Shown here: piece by piece, positions 1 through 12,434 of the stretch | How the letters are laid out: each line of letters starts with the position of its first letter | How positions within the stretch are numbered: the first letter of the stretch is position 1 | NCBI RefSeq assembly: GCF_018350175.1 | Contig: NC_058368.1 | Coordinates: 138,572,001 to 138,636,000 of the forward strand | DNA: 64,000 bases | Direction: 5' to 3' | DNA from: Felis catus | Lineage: Eukaryota | The notes under the pieces: model-generated | Databases searched by the model: none | Seen by the model: the letters and a program-made list of their open reading frames with translations, nothing else | Told to the model about the DNA's origin: nothing | Position numbers and translations under genes: made by a program

Positions 1-56
1 TTTTAAACGCTCCCCAGGTAACTCTAATGCGGGCAGCCTGGGTTGAAAACCAATAG
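1..56 (+). mobile_element. MER5-like hAT-Charlie DNA transposon terminus (truncated by window edge)
   Basis: ttttaaacgctccccaggtaactctaatgc...ggttgaaaaccaatag resembles the MER5A end (aacaagctccccaggtgattctgatgc...tttgagaaccactg). Confidence 0.55.
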
Positions 57-1449
57 AGTGGATCCTCCCCTCGGGTCACGAAGTAGCAACCCAGAAAGAT
101 CGTTGCTCTGCCCTTGAGGGAAGCCCCAGCCCAGCTGCCCTCGGGGATAGAGAAGCTTCCAGCAATGAAGGGCCCCAGCCCTGCGGAGGAAGACCGAAGC
201 TGCCAGGCGAGGGACGTTTAGTCCCGTTGTGAAACCACTATATGCAGGAAATCTGTAGAGGCTGACTCTGCTCGAAAGGTGGTCGCTCCGGCTAAGAGAG
301 AACAAGGGGAAAGATGGCCTGAAGCCGGCTCGCTTGCGGTCTGAGCCTCGCCTCCGAGATGCCCCCCTCTTCATGTGGGATCTAAGTCCACGCAAAATCA
401 GTTAATGTCTCTGGTGTGGGAGGAGCCACGGGCGGAAGTCTGTGGATTACAGCCTTTGCTTCTGAATTGCATTTAAGCCCCATCATTGGGAGATGAAACC
501 AGATTGGCTGTTAAGTGCTCAGAGGATTCCTGGGGAAGCCCCTAATCCCCCTGCCTTTGTCCGCGGGGCCTTTCATCCTTGTGCCCCTCTAGTTTTGTGA
601 ACGAAGACAGAGGGTGTCCTTCAGGCCTTGTTTGAGGTGTGGAAAGGCTGGCACCCGGGGGAGTGGCAGTAACCCGCCTGAGGTAGATCGCGGGAAGGCA
701 TTGTGTTTTCTCATGCACCTTTGGCTTCTGGGGGGTGGTTCCTTCTACCTTTTCTGGATTGAAGATTTGGAGTAAGGAGCGCCTTTACCACCTGTCATGT
801 CAAGGCGACCTACCTCAGATGGAGTCGGCGCAGAGAATTGTGTAAAGCCCTCCTGGGAGCCCTCTCTGTCACAGGGAGAGCGGCTGACGGCCACCCGAGC
901 CCTGCACTTCTTCCAGGGCGGGGGGGGGGGGGGGGTGCCCCTGCCCTCTGTCCCATCTGCAGTGGGGCTGAAGGCTAGAGTGAGCTCACAGGGGAAAACG
1001 GGGGCCAGCTGATGCTTCTGCCTCGGTAGGTTTTCCGTCCAGGAATCACGACTTTAAAGCCAACGCATTTCTTAGAGCTGGTTGAAGGAGACATTTGGGA
1101 ATAATCCGAAACCGTAGAAGACTGGGGGTGCAGTTTTGAAACCTCCGGTAGCTAATTTTCTGGAGGAGATGGAATTAGCTTTGCTAAATTGTCGGGCTCC
1201 TGTTGGCTGCTCTTGACTACCACTCAGAGTGGCCACAACTTCAGAGAGGAGGGGGGGGGGGAAACGCATGTAAATAACAGCTCTGGAAAGGGTGTGGGCC
1301 CAGGGGGTGCGACCAGAAGCAGAAAGCCACCCTCTTCTCCTACCTCCCTGGAGTTAGATTCCTACCCAACTTGGTCCAGCCACGTGGCCCTGATAGACTT
1401 TGGAGTCTGGCCTAGAAAGACTGCCTGTTCCTTTTGCCTAGCTCACTTC

Positions 1450-1712
1450 TCTTCTTTCAGGCTTCAGCTCAGGCCTTAAGTTCCCCAGGAACCCGACCAG
1501 GTTCAAGTCCCTGTGTTCTGTCATTGCACGAGGGATGTCTCCTTCCAGAGCACAAACCGCGGTCACAGCTTTCCTTTACTGTTTATTTCCCTCGGTAGAC
1601 CAGATGACCCCAGGAATCTGGACCTGCGTCTGTTTCTGCTTACAACGTTGTCCCCTCCGCTTTACCCAGTGCCTGGCAGATAGCAGGTGACGTTTAATCA
1701 ACTTACTGCTCA
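1450..1712 (+). mobile_element. L2 LINE 3' end fragment (degraded)
   Basis: cccagtgcctggcagatagcaggtgacgtttaatcaacttactg resembles the L2 3' terminus (cagtgcctggcacatagtaggtgctcaataaatatttgttg). Confidence 0.55.
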
Positions 1713-2467
1713 CAGTAACATTTGTGTATATGCCTACACTCTGTGAATTCTTTCTCCCTGAAAAATAATGTAGATTTGACAACTGTGATACACATCAACA
1801 CCACCTCTCCTACCCAGTCCTATACATGCCTACCCTCCACGTACATGCATAGGCTTGCAAGCACTGATCTCCCCTCTGTGGGTGACTATGGGTCATAAGT
1901 AGGACCCGAGGCAATGCCTTGGGACATTATGCCAGGAGACCAGACAGCCCCCACCCACATGGCCTTCTGCTACTCTTCTAAGCCCTAGAGTCAACCAATA
2001 ATGCTTTTGGGTCACAAACAGTGGAAGAGGAAATAGCCTCTGGGGACGTGGAAAGGAATATCAAACCACAGACCTGTGCCTTGGGAACGAAAAGTATTAA
2101 AACAAATCCTTACAGATCTAGCCTCATCCTTGAAAACATTATTCTCAAACCATATAGGTCTCTGACAAGTGTGGGATCCGTCTCCACTTACGAAAGTTAT
2201 CTGCTGGTCATTTATGGAAGAATCACTCCATTCTGTGCATTCTGGGTCATTAGGTTAAAGGCACAGGCCAACAAATGTTCTTGGAGATGGGCCACAAACC
2301 ATCTCCAGACAGGGGGACCTCAACGAATTGGCTCCATCCAGATCCTCCCGGGAGGGAGAGAGCTATAGAAGCACCATTAGTAGCTCAGTGCAATTATCTC
2401 CGATGACTGGGGGGGTGTGGTGTGCTGAATGGGGCTTGTTGAGACTCGAGCAGCTGCGCAGGGTGGG

Positions 2468-2690
2468 AGTCAGGTCAGATAGACCGGCATATGTGCTGGC
2501 TCCACAGTGTGCAAAGTGAGCTAACTCAGGTTAATTACTTCACCTTGCTACCCCATTTTCTTCATGTAAAATAGGAATGATAATGGTCTGTATCTTGTAG
2601 GGCTGCTATAGAATTAGTACAGTAAGCCATGCAAAGCACTTTGCCTAGCACATAGGAAATGCTCAGGGAATGCTAGATATGAATACTATT
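2468..2690 (+). mobile_element. MIR SINE
   Basis: MIR core-like ttttcttcatgtaaaataggaatgataatggt...tagggctgctatagaatta...gcctagcacataggaaatgctca. Confidence 0.7.
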
Positions 2691-2706
2691 TAAAAAGGCA
2701 CAGGTC

Positions 2707-2931
2707 GGGGCGCCTGGGTGGCGCAGTCGGTTAAGCGTCCGACTTCAGCCAGGTCACGATCTCGCGGTCCGTGAGTTCGAGCCCCGCGTCGGGCTCTGGG
2801 CTGATGGCTCAGAGCCTGGATCCTGTTTCCGATTCTGTGTCTCCCTCTCTCTCTGCCCCTCCCCCGTTCATGCTCTGTCTCTCTCTGTCCCAAAAATGAA
2901 TAAACGTTGAAAAAAAAATTAAAAAAAAAAA
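2707..2931 (+). mobile_element. Can-SINE, young felid type (SINEC_Fc-like); no TSD
   Basis: ggggcgcctgggtggcgcagtcggttaagcgtccgacttcagccaggtcacg, Pol III A/B boxes, CT-rich segment, A tail; left and right flanks do not match. Confidence 0.97.
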
Positions 2932-4079
2932 CATCTTTCCGAAAATATGCTCACCATCCCGGTGTTCGCACCTTCCACTTCCCTTCTACCCGCCCCCCCC
3001 CCACCTTTTTTTCAGGGTCCATGGTAAATGAGGTCTGGTTACATGGTCTCAAAGTTGATTTTTGCTTTGAAATTCTGAATTTAAGAGAGTTGTTGGTAAG
3101 GAACCTTTGGGGCAGCTTGGATACCATGAGTCAGGAGAAATCTGAGTTCACAAGGTTACTGTCTTTTGCGCTATTGAAAATTCCAGCAGTTCATGAGCAA
3201 ATCTCTTTAAAGGTATATTCAGGTCTGGAGAGACTAAAAGCATAGTTCCTCTAAATGATATGTCTTTTAGGACATTCCTTAAATGATTTGCTTTGTTTGA
3301 GGCTCTTTTAAGAAACCACATGTAATTATGCTCAAGTATTCCGAAGGTTAAGCCTCAAACTCACAAATGCCAAGAAATTCAAAGTTCTGACTGCCACCCC
3401 ATCTCTGATTCAAGTGAGCGGGCCTTTGTTCCTCCCCTAAAGCATGATGCCTTCAGAAAAGAATGTGAGCTTCAGTGTCCATGGCTTCTGGCTTCTCTCT
3501 GTAGCATTCCTTTCCATTATCTGGGCAAGTCTTTTGATATTAATCAATTTAGTATTCGTAAACCGTCCTGTCTAGGGGGAAAGGCGCGTACATATTTTAA
3601 GACAGCCACTACATGCTAATGACAGAGTGTCTTGAGGTTTTTCAAAGTCTAAAGATGGATCAAGTCTAAAAGAGATCCTAAAACCTCAAGGGTTCTCAAG
3701 GGTTTATTATTACTTATTTTGACTAACTCCTAACATGCCTCCTGCATGCAGAAATACTGCCCTTGTTAATCGTGAACTAGATCTCCATTGAATTCTATAT
3801 TCGTCTCATTCTTTCAGACCATTGAGACCCCAGACGTTATTATTTCCTGCACTTGCTTAAATGATCACCAGTGTGTAAGGCAAAAGGTGAAGGAAATAAA
3901 GGCATGTTGAAAGGAAATCAGGCTTTGCATAATTGTGATTTGCAATTAAAGACAACATGTATAACTATTCTTCATGACCAGTCTGCGCTGGATTCTCTTG
4001 AGTTTCTGGTGCTCAGGGACTACCGCATGAATCCCCATAATATGAACGGGAAAGCAAAGAAAGGCTGGTGAGAAAAGAG

Positions 4080-5130
4080 AATCATTCACGTATTCAGCAA
4101 ATAGCGACGTCTAGTCTGACCCACGTACGATTCTAGGCACTGAGGACGTGGAGAGAAATGCTTGCCCTTGTGGAACTTGGGTTGTAGTGCTGGGAAATGG
4201 ACAGTAAGTGTACGTGTATGGCATTTTCCTGTAAAGCATATGCTGTGGCAGGTAGAAGTGATACGGAGAAAAACACTGAGGAAGAGAGAGAAAGTTCTGA
4301 GAGCAGAGGACAGGTGACTACAATTTATAACAAGACGATCAAGGAAACCCCACTAGCATCTGAGCAAAGACCTGAAAGAACTGAAGGAATGATCTATGTA
4401 GATCAGTCATTCTGTGAATGATCTATGTAGGAAGAGTCCAGCTCAACCAGAGGAAGGGAGAGGTCAGAGTCGCAGCATTTGAGGTCAGAGAGGAAGGAGG
4501 GGCAGTATAAACTGGGCATCCTGGACCATTTGTAAGGTCTTAGGCTTTTATTGCAAGTGACATAGAGCTGTTGCCATGTTGTAAGAAGAGGGGAGAGGAT
4601 CAGACTTTCACTTTAAATAAGATCCCGAAATACTGTGTTAAGAATGGGCTGAATGAGAGCAAAGGCAGAAGCCAAGGGACCACTGAGGAAGGATGTTAAA
4701 GGTTTGGACCAAAGGTCTGAGAAGCAGCCGGATCCTGAGTCATCTAAACGAAGAACTAATGGGACTAGCTAACGGACTAGATGTAGGAGTGTGAAAGAAA
4801 GGAAGACAGGAGTCAAGAATAACTCCAAGATTTTTTTGGCTTGAGCACCAAAGGATGTCATTTATAAGATAGGAAAGAGAGTGGGGGGGAGGGGAGTTGA
4901 GGATTTGAAGATTGATGTGTTGGGTTTGAGATGCTTATTAGACATCCAGATGGAAATGTTGAGGAGGTAGTTGGAGAGACAAATCTGGAATTGAAGGAAG
5001 AAGTCCAGACTCGAAACATATTTTTAGGCTTTTATCAGCACTTGGATGCTCTTTATACCCACGAGACTGGCTGAGAACACTCAGGTAGTGAACGCAGGTG
5101 TCCAAGGACTGAACCCGGTCGCCCTGGGAA
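4080..5130 (-). mobile_element. L2 LINE fragment (about 1 kb)
   Basis: Starts with the reverse complement of the L2 3' end (attcacgtattcagcaaatag...ttctaggcactgagga); continues with typical antisense L2 blocks (gtttgagatgcttattagacatccagatggaaatgttgaggaggtagttgga). Confidence 0.8.
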
Positions 5131-5517
5131 AATATATAAACACAACTCTGGACAGTCGTCTTATTCATAAATGTCTTAATTCTGCCTGGTTCTGCATGGT
5201 ATTTTTCGAATCAAGTAACTTAACATTGTCTTTCTCCACATATTCTCAACGGGAGCGCTCCCGTAATAAAATAGTGTCTCACATTAAAATTATAGGTAAC
5301 TCTGAAGTTTTCCATCTTCTTTGTGCTGAAGGAATCTTTAGTCACTGACTTCCAGAAGCAAGTTTCAGAAGCTTCTTTGTCAATAACTGGGTTAGCGCCA
5401 CATATCCAAGCAAAGAGAGAGAGCCAAATGTATTTTTTATTGTGTATATGAAGGCAAGGGGGCACTGTCTCAAAGCCAAGAGTGCAAACCCCAATTTTGT
5501 GTTTCACTAAGAGATCG

Positions 5518-6002
5518 TGTATTATTTATCTATTGCTGCATTACAAACGGTCCTCAGAGTTTAGTTGTTTAAAGCAACGATTTATTTTCTCACAGTTCCC
5601 GGAGGCCAGAAATCCAGGTGTGGTTTAGCTGGATTCTCTGGTTAGGGGGTCTCACACAAGACTATAACCAAGCTATTGATAGGCATGTGGTCCGAAGTCT
5701 CAACTGGAGAATGATATAAAGTTGGTTAAAAGCTACCTCAGCTCCTTGACCCATGGGGCTCTCTGATTTAATTGATGAGAGAAAGCGTGTGAGAAATCCA
5801 AAAAGAGAGTGCGAGCAAGCGAGTGAGTGTGGCAAGAGGACCGTCACCGTCTTGTGTAGACCAATAACAAGATGGCATCCCGTCACTTTTACTACATTTT
5901 ATTCATTAGCAACAAGTTGCCAGGCCTCGTCTGTGTTCAAGAGGAAGGGAGTAGTTAAGGAGGTGAATACCAAGGAATCACAAGGGGGCATTCAGATGGC
6001 AC
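5518..6002 (-). mobile_element. MaLR solo LTR, MLT1 family (MLT1E/F-like)
   Basis: tgtattatttatctattgctgcattacaaac...tttaaagcaacgatttattttctcacagttc...ggccagaaatcc is the antisense MLT1 3' end. Confidence 0.75.
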
Positions 6003-6276
6003 GAGTAATTTTTAACACCAACAAATGTAGATGGACACCATTGCTTTTAGTAGTAGAAGCACATTCTAATTCACAGGTACCACTTGGTTTTGTTTTTGTT
6101 TTTAATTTAGTTATGATAGCCCAAGGTTTATTAAGCTGCCGATTGTAACTCCTTAGTAAGTCATGAAATGAATTTAGTAGTTATGACCGGCATTTTGTTT
6201 TTAATAAAACAAAGCAGGCACTGTCAGAGGAACATGCACAGGGAAGTCATTCCAGGTTGTGATAGGAATTGTGTTT

Positions 6277-6349
6277 CTTTTTTTTTTCTTAATATGAGAT
6301 TGATTGTCAAACTGGTTTCCATACAACACCCCGTGCTCATCCCAACAGG
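6277..6349 (-). mobile_element. Very short 5'-truncated felid L1 (3' UTR end plus poly-A)
   Basis: T-run followed by aatatgagattgattgtcaaactggtttccatacaacaccccgtgctcatcccaacagg matches the antisense 3' end of cat L1 as I recall it. Confidence 0.85.
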
Positions 6350-7990
6350 GATCGTGGTCAAAGTGGGCGATTTCCATGATACCATTAAACGTGAGTGGGC
6401 CACCAAAACATATGTGGGAAAAACAGCCACCTCCACACGAAGCAAAGGAAAGAATGTCAGAAGCCAAGAATCCCTTGTGCGCTCAGGTGAGCTAAATAAA
6501 CATGTGTTTCCCAGTTCATGCTTACAGATGCCAGTTCTCTCCTGGGGTCTGTAAAGAGTAATTAATAAGAGACCGTAAAACCCTGAACAGACATGACAGG
6601 TATGACATCTTGCCTCTGCAGAGGCAAAGCAGACACATCACAAACTAATGAAAATACCCTTCACAATCCTACTCGTCTTGAGAGGTCAAAAGAGGGAATT
6701 TTTTTTTTTTAATAAAAAACCAGCTGGGAGTGCCTCAAAACAGTAGGCTTGCTCAAGACAGATGAGGCCATTTTTCAGCTGGAGCACCCACTTCCCCCTC
6801 TAGGCGGATGACCACCACAGACAGGCATGTTTCCTTGCCACAGTCAGGACTTCCTCAAGGTCTTGACTATTTACAGCTTGAGGTCTGGTCACTCTCTCCT
6901 GTCACCTCCCCACCTGCAACAACAGGCCCATCTGCATGACCTGAAAGCTCCAACGTTAGCAATGACTACCAGTAGGTGGAAGGCCAACGGCTGGCCAGTT
7001 GAATTGCCCCTTTCATCTTAAACTTCCCTTTTAAGATCCGTGCTCAGATTTTGCGTTGGAGATAGCAAAGTCTTCATCTCTCATCCATCCTTATCAGCCA
7101 GACAGCAAACAAGCCAAGTTTCAGTTACAGAGTCCAGATTTGAAAAATACACTGTAGGCCTGATGTTTCACATTTTCCACAGTGCTGCACTGCAGACCTT
7201 CCTGGTTTCATGTGAGAGTGCTTCAGATCTCATGAAACCCAAGCCAGGAACTGGTGAGACACGCTCAAAGTCAGGACGACTTGGCAATGTTGACTTTGGG
7301 GAGGATCGGAGGTTCGGTTAAGAGCATGTGAAACCTATTAACATTGGGTTTTGAGGAAAAAGGCAAGGAGAAAGAAGGAGAGACAGGGGTGGAAGGGCTC
7401 AATTCGTGGTTTTAGTCAAAGCTGTAGACTCCTCTAATTCCTAGAGATGAAAAGAGCTAAGCATTGCAGAGGCTTTGCATAAAGTGAATTTGGAAGTACT
7501 TCTGCATTTTCATTTAGCATTTAATAATCAGAGTCTAAACAATTTCATTTAAAGTTGGACGATGGGCCAAAAACCATATTGTTCGATCCATCTCATTTGT
7601 TAGAGATGTATAATCACAGTAGAGCCTGAATGTTAAACCCTGTTTGCTGGCTTGGTATGTTATTAATTAGTTAATTCAAAAATAGCCTTGACATTAACTT
7701 GAGGATAATGTGTAGGACTTAGACCGAGTAGAAGTTGGGAAAAGGGATATTTCTACTTTTCTGAAAAATGAGTAATATTCTTGAGAGCTTTTGATGTGAT
7801 TAAATCTGAGAAATATTGCATGAGGTTTATTTTTTTTTTGCCACGAGGCAAGATGGAAGGCCAAGTGACCCTTAGATTTACAAATATCTGAATTAGCATC
7901 ATCCTAAGTTGCTATTTGTGGTCTCATCAGGTAAATATGTGCAGACAGGAAAGGCTGGCTAAGTTTGGGCCTCTTCTTAAGGTATTCATG

Positions 7991-8130
7991 TTTAGATTAA
8001 GGATAGATTGAGAGTAAGGTTAGATCCATATTTAGATTAAGGGTAGGTTTAGATTAAGGTTGGAGTCCTATTTAGATTAAGAGGTTACTTAGAGTCAAAT
8101 TAGATTTAGATTAAGGATACGGTTAGAGTG
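7991..8130. repeat. Degenerate minisatellite, about 40-bp period, core TTTAGATTAAG
   Basis: tttagattaag at 7991, 8031 and 8071 (exact 40-bp spacing), plus copies at 8048 and 8105. Confidence 0.85.
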
Positions 8131-8151
8131 AGATGAAAAAGCAGGTTAAAA

Positions 8152-8625
8152 ACAGCCTAGTTAGGAATGCTTTGGGCTGCAGTGAAAAGCAAGCCCAGAT
8201 AATGCAGGCTTAAACAGATAGGAGTTTACTTGACCCACATAACAAGGATTCCTAACATGGGCAATGTCCAGAGCTGGTCACTATGTTCACAAGAACCCAG
8301 GCTCTTTTTACCATCTGTCCCACCATCCTTTGAGCATCAGCTTATTGCCTCACTATTGTAAGATGGTCCTGTGTCTCCACCCATCGCATCCACACTCAAG
8401 GCCTGAAAAATAGATGTTGACATTAGCAACATCTGTCTGTTTTCTCAGGAATGCCAACAACAGAACAGAAAGTCTTCTGCTCGTGTCTCATTCTCCCCAG
8501 CTCAGCCTCATGACAAAGCTTTCAGGGCAGCTGAGAAAGCAAGTCTTTAGCCTTTCCCTTTGTTAGAATGGAGGCAGGTAGGGGAGAAGGGTCTTGGAAG
8601 TGGATTTCAGGCCAGCAGGAATCCG
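8152..8625 (-). mobile_element. Old MaLR solo LTR (MLT1J/K/L-like)
   Basis: agttaggaatgctttgggctgcagtgaaaagcaagccc...ggcttaaacagataggagtttac...cacataacaag matches the antisense end of old MLT1 LTRs. Confidence 0.65.
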
Positions 8626-9014
8626 TTTGGAGAAATGCCATTGACCCAGGAAAGAGCATTCATTAAATGGGCCTTAGACAATGCAGCCTGGAGCTTCACC
8701 CAGAACCTCTTTTACCCCCACATAGAGAGCAGAAGTGTGCACCCACATAGGTAGAAATATAAGTAGGAATCTGGGGTTTAAAGGCCAGTGGGGAAGTTCA
8801 GTATTAATTCTGTATCGTATGAAACGCCAACTGCTATTCAGTCCAAAGTCAAAGACCTAATGTCATAGTTACAAATTAAAAGTTAGTTTGTGCTTTAAAA
8901 ATGTGCTTTAAAAAAAAAGTGATGCTTATTATAACGATCAGGTGCAGGAAAGAAGATAGACATGCTCTCAATGAGATCATGATGTCTCTTATAATACAGT
9001 TCCCATGTATGTGC

Positions 9015-9340
9015 TCATTCATTCAAATATAAACTCAATTATTTAATCATGCAACTCAGTCGCTCAGTAAATATTAATTGGTGGCTTTTCCCAGGCACTG
9101 GTCCAGGCACCGGGGGTGCAGCGATGAGTGGCAGCAGCAGGCGGCATAGTCCCCGTCCTCATGTTAAATTACAACCATTATCAGTGTTAAAAAATCAGGC
9201 CAGAGGAGGGGAGCAGGGGTGAGTCCCAAAGTCTGTCTGAGAACATCAGATATGTGCCGAATCCTGGGAGATTATCAGGGGCTGACCAGACAAAGAGGGA
9301 AGGGAAGAATGATCTCTAGAGGGGAAGGCACCCTTTTAGA
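9015..9340 (-). mobile_element. L2 3' end fragment
   Basis: ctcattcattcaaatat...ctcagtaaatattaattggtggc...ccaggcactggtccaggcaccggggg. Confidence 0.6.
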
Positions 9341-9780
9341 ACCTGGGAACCAAGCAGGAGTACAGCCTGGTTCAGACTTCAAAAGCTGTTCACTGAAGAA
9401 TATTTGTTTAAGCTTAGTTGGGGGGTGTTGATTTTTATTGTCCCTAAACCATGATAAAAATGAACATGCTATCATGCCAAAAAACTTTAGAAAGTCAGAT
9501 CACATTTTTAATTCACATGGATGTCTAACTTCCTATTTCATTTTAAACAAAGGGGCTAACTATAAAGATGTGGTTCGCTAAGACTGACATTATTTATATT
9601 TGAAGCACGAAATGAAAATGAGTCCGTGAGTTCATCTTAGGAGGTTTGAACCTTGAACCTACTGTAAGACCTTCAAAAGGGAAAGACTCACTTCAAAGTC
9701 AGTATGGGTCTCACAACCTAACAACTTAGGACTTCTTCCCACAGGGCCACTGTGGACATCTCAATAAGTATGCAGTTACC

Positions 9781-9823
9781 TTTTTTTTAATTATTTAAAA
9801 AAAAATTTTTTTTAATGTTCATT

Positions 9824-9855
<32 letters not shown>

Positions 9856-10021
9856 CATGAGCGGGGGAGGGGCAGAGAGAGAGGGAGACCCTGAATTCAA
9901 AGCAGGCTCCAGGCTCCGAGCTGTCAGCACAGAGCCTGACCTGGGCCCAAACTCACGGAGTGCAAGATCACGACCTGAGCCGAAGTCAGACGCTCAACCG
10001 ACTGAGCCACCCAGGCGCTCC
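9781..10021 (-). mobile_element. Can-SINE
   Basis: Antisense SINE body with expanded (GA)n; TSD tatgcagttac on both sides. Confidence 0.96.
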
Positions 10022-11934
10022 GTTATGCAGTTACTTTGACCATGCGTGTTCATGCTGATTCAATAGCAAAATTAAAACTCCCAAATCTAATAAATGAATG
10101 ATAACTTCTTGATCATTAGGTGATAAGAATACTAAAAGCTGAAGAACACATGAGTCTGAGGGTGTGGATGGAAGGAGAGAAGTTTGGAGAATGGGAAAAG
10201 TATTGGCTTAAGTACTGGAAGAACGAAGCTGCAGCAGTCTGCAAATACAGAGGTTAAAGTGGAAGAGACAAGTGGGAAATCAGAATTGAGTTGACAAGAT
10301 CATGAAGGGAGGTGATGTGGAAGGGGCTAGTAAGGAAGAAGGCTGACACCAGACTGCTTTGGCTAGTGACTGTCTCTGGCAGTAGACTGTCTCTACTGGG
10401 AGAGTAGAGGGGTTTTTGTTTGGGAGTCTGGGGTCAGCTGTGCCTGAGGGACCAAAGTATAGGGTTAGGAGGACCCAAGCTACTATCCTAAACAGTAGTT
10501 TCGGTAGAGCTGGGCTCTTGTTTCAGCGATATGTAAAGCCAATATTTCTGAAAGAATGCGGCTCTCGAATCGACTCATTTGGCCTTGCCTCGAGCAGAAC
10601 TGGGTTTTCAGAAGGCCAGACTGGGGATCTGGGCAGAATTCTGTTGCCACCAGCTGGGTTCATGCCACAGAGCTGGCCCATTAATCCTTTGGCCCTGCTG
10701 ACAACAAATTCCGTGAGACTCAGGGAATGAAGCCACCCTCGCTTCTAAGCCACTCCACTCCCCACTCCTGACAGACTGAGTGAGAAGATTGCCCTTTTCT
10801 AAGAGTCTGAGACTTTAAAAGCAAAATTTCAAAGTTTCAGCCAGGTCTTTATTTTAAACTGCACATGGTCAGCAATAGACCAATTTCTATTTCCTGCGGG
10901 CTTGAAGAACACAACTTGGAAAAAAGAATGAGGGGGGAACAGGGAGTGAGAGATATTCCTATGCACACAAAGAAGGTCGGGCAAATTCTGGGCAGTCACA
11001 GAAACATTTCCTCTCTCACCTTATACTTTCAGCCTCTACTATGTTTAAGAATGAATGCGTGTTCTTGAAGGGCCTATTTGTGTGTTTTCAAATGATTAGT
11101 AGTTAGACAATAGGAAACACAGGAAGATCTATAGATCTAAATTACATTGATGGCGATCGATATCTCCATGTGGCCCCGATGAGTGATTCCTGAAAGAGTC
11201 TGCGAGACTTAGAGCTTCCCTCTGGAAAATGTAAGGAATCTGGAGTGCCCAAGTTCAGTAGGCGCTATGCTTCTGGAGGCCCCTCAAGCCTCACTATGGG
11301 CTGAATAATTCAGAGTTAAGGACATACACATTTAGAGGAAGAAAACTCAATGTTGCGGTCAAAAACAACTTCATGGGTAGAGCTGGGATTTCCTAAAAAG
11401 GAAATGAAGATTAGCATGCAGATTTTATAAAGGAAGTTCTCTAAGAGATAGGTCCAGTCATGAGGGCAGACCCAAGCGATCAACTGCCGGTTAACTCCTT
11501 CGAGACTCTTCATTTGGAATCTGGTCAGAATCATGCCCATAACATAGTCTTAAATGCCTTGCTTCACATATTCTTATTTCTTTCGGTTTTCTCAGTCTTT
11601 CACAAGATCTGATGAATCCACACAGACGTGGATCATGCTCTTGTCAAGGAAAATGAGAAACGGGGCCTACTCTATGTTGCTGGCCCTCTCCCTGGAGATC
11701 CTGTGCAGGTAGCATCATTGCAACATGCAAACAACAATCTCTTATTCAAAGCCAGGATCCTTAGCAAGGGGAGTTTAGCAATGACACTCAGTGGTGCTGG
11801 AAAGACACACTAACTGAGGACAAGGAACCTGCTACATGGACACTTTGGGAGCTGAACTGCTCTCATATCCCTTCCCCAAGCATGCCAGAAAGAAACTATC
11901 TTTAAGGGAAAGAGAACATTGATCCTTGGTGTGA

Positions 11935-12434
11935 CCTTTGTTAAGACAAAGCCACCCATTTCTTGACATCCCTCCCATTGAGAAATGGGGTTTATGTCCC
12001 CTTCCCGTGAGTGTGGGTGTGCTTGTGCCTGCTTTGACCAATGGGATATGGTGAACGTGATCTGTGACTTCAAAGATGAGGTCATGCCAGGCCATGGGAA
12101 CTTGGCCCCGCTTACTGACTTGGTGTTGGATTTCTGAGCCACTCAGAGGCCATGTGTAGGTGCTCTCATGAGCGATCCCGGCTGAACCCACCCTCTCCGT
12201 CACCGCAGCCCAGGCACCAGTCATTTGCACGAAGAAGTCACCGCACGATGCCAGCTATTCTAGTCAGGCCCAGATGAGGCACCAGATAATGTCGAGTAGA
12301 CAGAAGTCATGCCCACTGTGTCCTAACCAAATTCCTGCCCCCTAGAATCTGTGAGTATCATAAAATGATTGCTTCTTGATGCTACTCACTTTGGGGATGA
12401 TTTCTTTGTTAGGAAACAAGAGAGACCCAGAACA
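11935..12434 (+). mobile_element. MaLR solo LTR (MLT1G/H-like)
   Basis: cctcccattgagaaatggggtttatgtccccttccc...gctttgaccaatgggatatgg at the 5' end; gctactcactttggggatgatttc...agagacccagaaca at the 3' end. Confidence 0.75.

Noticed and set aside
2690..2893. Recurrent ORF family MGQRETEHERGRGRERGRHRIGNR... and MAQSVKRPTSAQVTISRS... (also 16433, 18434, 22741, 27383, 34301, 43388, 57680 and others)
   Set aside because: These are translations of Can-SINE copies, not a multigene family.
3685..3704. Short tandem duplications (ctcaagggtt x2; also near 13351, 23980, 58546)
   Set aside because: Ordinary slippage-scale duplications.
7991..8130. Regularly spaced repeat suggesting a CRISPR-like array or interstitial telomere
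   Set aside because: The spacers are related to each other and to the repeat, there are no cas genes, the DNA is mammalian, and no true TTAGGG array is present.
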